Shown here one piece after another: positions 60,888 through 64,000 of a DNA stretch of 64,000 bases. The translations under genes were made by a program, and so were the position numbers. The stretch is from Terriglobia bacterium (GTDB lineage: Bacteria; Acidobacteriota; Terriglobia; JAJPHL01; JAPKYU01), in assembly GCA_965206645.1 (NCBI GenBank), contig CBDBKE010000002.1, positions 128,001 to 192,000 of the forward strand, in the 5' to 3' direction. Every line of letters starts with the position of its first letter. Positions within the stretch are counted from its first letter, which is position 1. Below the pieces are notes generated by a model, which saw nothing but the letters and a program-made list of their open reading frames with translations, did not search any database and was not told the origin of the DNA.

Positions 60888-63291
60888 ATGCCGCGCCGTC
60901 CCAAGGACATCCTACTGCCCGCATTGTTGTTCGTCGGCAACCTGACTCTGCTGGGGCCTTACCTGGTTGCCGAATTTTCCCTGCGCGGCTGGAGTGCTGA
61001 ATACACCTCGATCGGGCTGGCCCGCCTTTTCCAGCAGCAGCACTTTACCTGGAATCCGCTGTGGTACGGCGGCATTCCCTTCCACTACGCCGGCCCGCCC
61101 CTGCTGCCCGGCAGCGTGGCCCTGCTGGCCTGGCTGATCCCGGGCTTGTCGGTGGCGCGCGCTTACCACCTGGTGAGCGGGCTGGCTTACGCGCTGGCTC
61201 CGGTGACGCTGTATTTTCTCGCGCGGTATCTGCTGGGGAGCCGGCTTTGGGCCGCCGTTGCCGCGCTCGCTTACAGCATGCTGCCTTCTGCGATTTACCT
61301 GCTCCCCGATCCGGCCGGGCTGGCCCTCCGCTACGGGAGGGCCCCGTGGCCGTTCGTGACGCTGCTGGAATACGGTGAGGCAGGGCACCTGGCGGTTGCG
61401 GCCCTGCTGCCGTTGGTGCTGATAGCTGCCTGGCGCGCGCTGGAAGACTTTCGGTTCTTCAACTATTCCGTCGCTTCGTTTGCCGCCGCACTGCTGCCGC
61501 TGACGAGTCAGTCGGGCACTTTGGCGCTGACGATGGGGTTGGGGGCGGTGCTGGTGGCGCACGCAAGGCCGCATCGTCGGCATGGGCCGCACCCCGGACT
61601 ACCGGACCGCCATCAAGCGCACGCTGGCCATCTGGGTGACGGCCCACACCCTGGGCGCCTTCTGGCTGACCGCGGGCTCTTTTGCAACCCGAGCCAGCAT
61701 GGCCTACGTCGAGCACCTGGCCGAGCGGGTGCTGCTGAGCGAGATGAGCCTGTTCGCCGTTGGGGCCGTAGCCGCAGCCGGCGTGTTGCTGAGTCTGGCG
61801 ATGTGGTCGCGCACCCCGCCCATTGTCGCCTTCCTGCTCGCCTGGATTGCTCTGACCGGAGCTTCCGGCCTGGTGTTCTTGCAGGCCGGAAACGATTCCT
61901 TCTCCAAGCCGTGGCGCTCGGGCGTGGAATTCCACATGGCGCTGGCGCTGGCCTTGGGACTGGTGCTGTCACTGCTGCCGAAGCCGCTGCGGCTGACGCT
62001 GCTGGCCGCACCCATCATCATTGCCATGCTGGGAGCGTCGCATCTGTTTCTGCGGACCGCCTGGGGCCACCAGTTTGCGGCTGACCCGCGCGCCACCCTC
62101 TTCTACCAGCTCACCGATTGGTTGGCCCGCCAGCCACCCGGGCGGGTCTTCGTTTCGGGCGAACCTGCAGGCACGCTGAACGTGTTCACGGATATTCCGC
62201 AGGTGAGCGGTGGCAGCCCACAAGGCGCAGCCAATCCGCTGATCCTAGCGGCGCAGCGCGAAGCTGCCCTGGGTTCCTGCGACTCACGGCAGAAGGCGCG
62301 CCGCCTGGCGCAACTGTGGCCGCGCGCCCTCGGCTGCCGCCGCGTGCTGGTGCACTCAGCGGCGTCTCACGAGTACTACCATCACTACGTCTTTCCTGAG
62401 CGCTTTGCTGGACTGCCGCAACTGTTGAACAACGGGCGAGGCGACAAAATCTACGCCGTGCCCGGCGCCGGGCCAGCCGCAGTGGTGGTGAGCCTGGCGG
62501 CGCTGCGGCGGTTGCCCGCGCTGCGCTCCACTGACGACAGAAAAGCACTGGCCGCCTACGTGGCCTGGGCCCAAGGCAAGCGCCGGGCCCGGCTTGAGTG
62601 GACCAGGCACGACCGAGCGCGGGTGTCGGAAAATCTGGGCCGGGGCGAGGCGATCCTGGTCAAGACCAACTATGATTCAGGCTGGCTTGCTCGTGGCGGT
62701 CAGTTTCGGCTCACGGCCGACCCCATCGGCTTTCTGTTGCTCGAGCCCCGGCGTAGCGGAGCCCAGTCCTTTGAACTGCGCTACCGCGGCTCCTGGGACC
62801 TGTGGTTGGGCCGGGGTCTGGCCGCTGTCACCGCGCTGGTACTGCTGCTGGGCGGCGTGTCCCCGCTGCGGTTCGCGCTGGGGCTGGCGGTGGTGTGGCT
62901 GGCTTCGTTCGGGGTGTGGACCTGGAAGGAATCGCGGCACGGGCTGGGCAATCGCATCGCCGTTGCCCGGGAGGCCTTCGGACACCTGCAGCCGCCGCCG
63001 ATTTCCCCTGGCGGAATCGTGAACGCCGAGTCCTACCAGCCTCCGCCGCTCGCGCCCGGGCGCCCAGTGGCCATCTTCGGCCGCAATCTGGGCAATCCAC
63101 AGGACCGCCTCCGCATTCTGGTGGATGGGCGCGAAGCGGGCGTGCTGGATCGCTCCAGCCGCCGGGTGAGGATCGAACTACCTCCGATGGCTGGAGCACG
63201 GCGGGTGGAGATCGCCGCCGAAGTCAACGGCTGCCGGGGCAATGCCTTCCTGGTGGACGTTCGCGGCGGTGCCGCATCCGCGGGGCGCTGA
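60888..63291 (+). CDS. Multi-TM GT-C-like (YfhO/PTPS-related) membrane protein with C-terminal IPT/TIGR03437-like domain; 1-bp frameshift at about 61567
   Basis: WNPLWYGGIPF...PPL and NYDSGW motifs; C-terminal GIVNAESY..PLAPG..VAIFGRNLG; removing one A joins ORFs 60888 and 61582. Confidence 0.7.
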
Positions 63292-63336
63292 ACCTTGCCG
63301 AATGTAAGGCCGGCCGAATGTAAGGCAGGCCGTCCC

Positions 63337-64000
63337 CTACTCAGTCCCGAACACCAATACTCCCCGTGCCACCTTTCCTGATTCCATGTCATCAAAGGCT
63401 CGGGCCAAATCATCCAGCGGATAACGCTCAGTGATGAGCTCGTCAAGCTGAAGTTTTCCGGCGCGGTACAGCTCAAGAAGCATCGGGAGATCCAGCCGAG
63501 GTCGAATTGAGCCGGCAAATGAACCAAGCAGCCTCTTGTTTTGGTAGATCAAGGCTGCGGGCGAAATCGGAACCTCGACCTCGAGAATCGGCACGTCGGC
63601 CCTGGCAGAATGCAATCCCACAATGGTTGTCGTGCCTCCGGGTCGAGTGAGCGCCAGCGCCTGAGGTATTGTCGCCGCAGAACCTACGCTGTCGAAGATA
63701 TACTCTGGTCCGCCGTCGGTCAGGTCACGAAGGGCTTCTTCCAAATTCGACGTCTTCGGGTTCACGACGTGCGTTGCACCGAGGCGTTTGGCGAAGATCA
63801 GCTTACGGTCGATCACATCAATGGCCACGATTGGATTGCAGCCCGCTAATCTACAGCCCTGAACCGCACTAAGCCCTACGCCACCGCAGCCGATGACGGC
63901 AGCTGGCGTTCCCGCCTTTGCCTGCGCGGTGTTGATCACCGCACCAACCCCGGTTGCCACGGCGCAGCCGGTAATGGCTGCCACCTCGAACGGGACATCC
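63337..64000 (-). CDS. Zn-dependent alcohol dehydrogenase (MDR), 5'-truncated by window edge
   Basis: GCAVATGVGAV, GCGGVG, LDELIT and RGVLVF motifs. Confidence 0.92.
   Translation of the reverse strand, partial: DVPFEVAAITGCAVATGVGAVINTAQAKAGTPAAVIGCGGVGLSAVQGCRLAGCNPIVAIDVIDRKLIFAKRLGATHVVNPKTSNLEEALRDLTDGGPEYIFDSVGSAATIPQALALTRPGGTTTIVGLHSARADVPILEVEVPISPAALIYQNKRLLGSFAGSIRPRLDLPMLLELYRAGKLQLDELITERYPLDDLARAFDDMESGKVARGVLVFGTE

Overview
GC-rich bacterial chromosome segment, most likely Acidobacteriota (Terriglobia/Bryobacterales-like). This is inferred from the Oar-type TonB receptor, a TIGR03437-type protein, the atpF'-F-H-A-G-D-C operon without atpB/E, and characteristic REP-like palindromes. 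About 1-25 kb is an accessory mosaic around a tRNA-Leu(UAA) that has tyrosine-integrase remnants on both sides. It holds an intact IS3 element inserted in a small membrane-protein gene, a DUF1549/DUF1553-DUF1501 pair, gldA, a cytochrome c-fused PQQ dehydrogenase with the lanthanide-type DYD motif, and an integron-like unit (Pc-attI-cassette-attC) with no intI. About 25-64 kb is mostly core genome: kdsA, the ATP synthase operon, a dcw cluster that stops after murE, an SBP5/histidine kinase/sigma54-activator cluster next to an L,D-transpeptidase, glyA, aroF, ugd and tRNA-His. Best leads: (1) the intI-less integron platform with a LexA-like box; (2) a Phe/Tyr/Trp leader-peptide attenuator, apparently leaderless, before DAHP synthase; (3) the N-terminal haem c + lanthanide-motif PQQ dehydrogenase; (4) a possible SBP-gated cell-envelope sensing system; (5) pervasive 11-23 bp tandem micro-duplications, including in-frame ones in housekeeping genes. 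Four single-base frameshifts in otherwise intact genes look like assembly indels. All calls come from reading the sequence by eye; no searches or folding were run.
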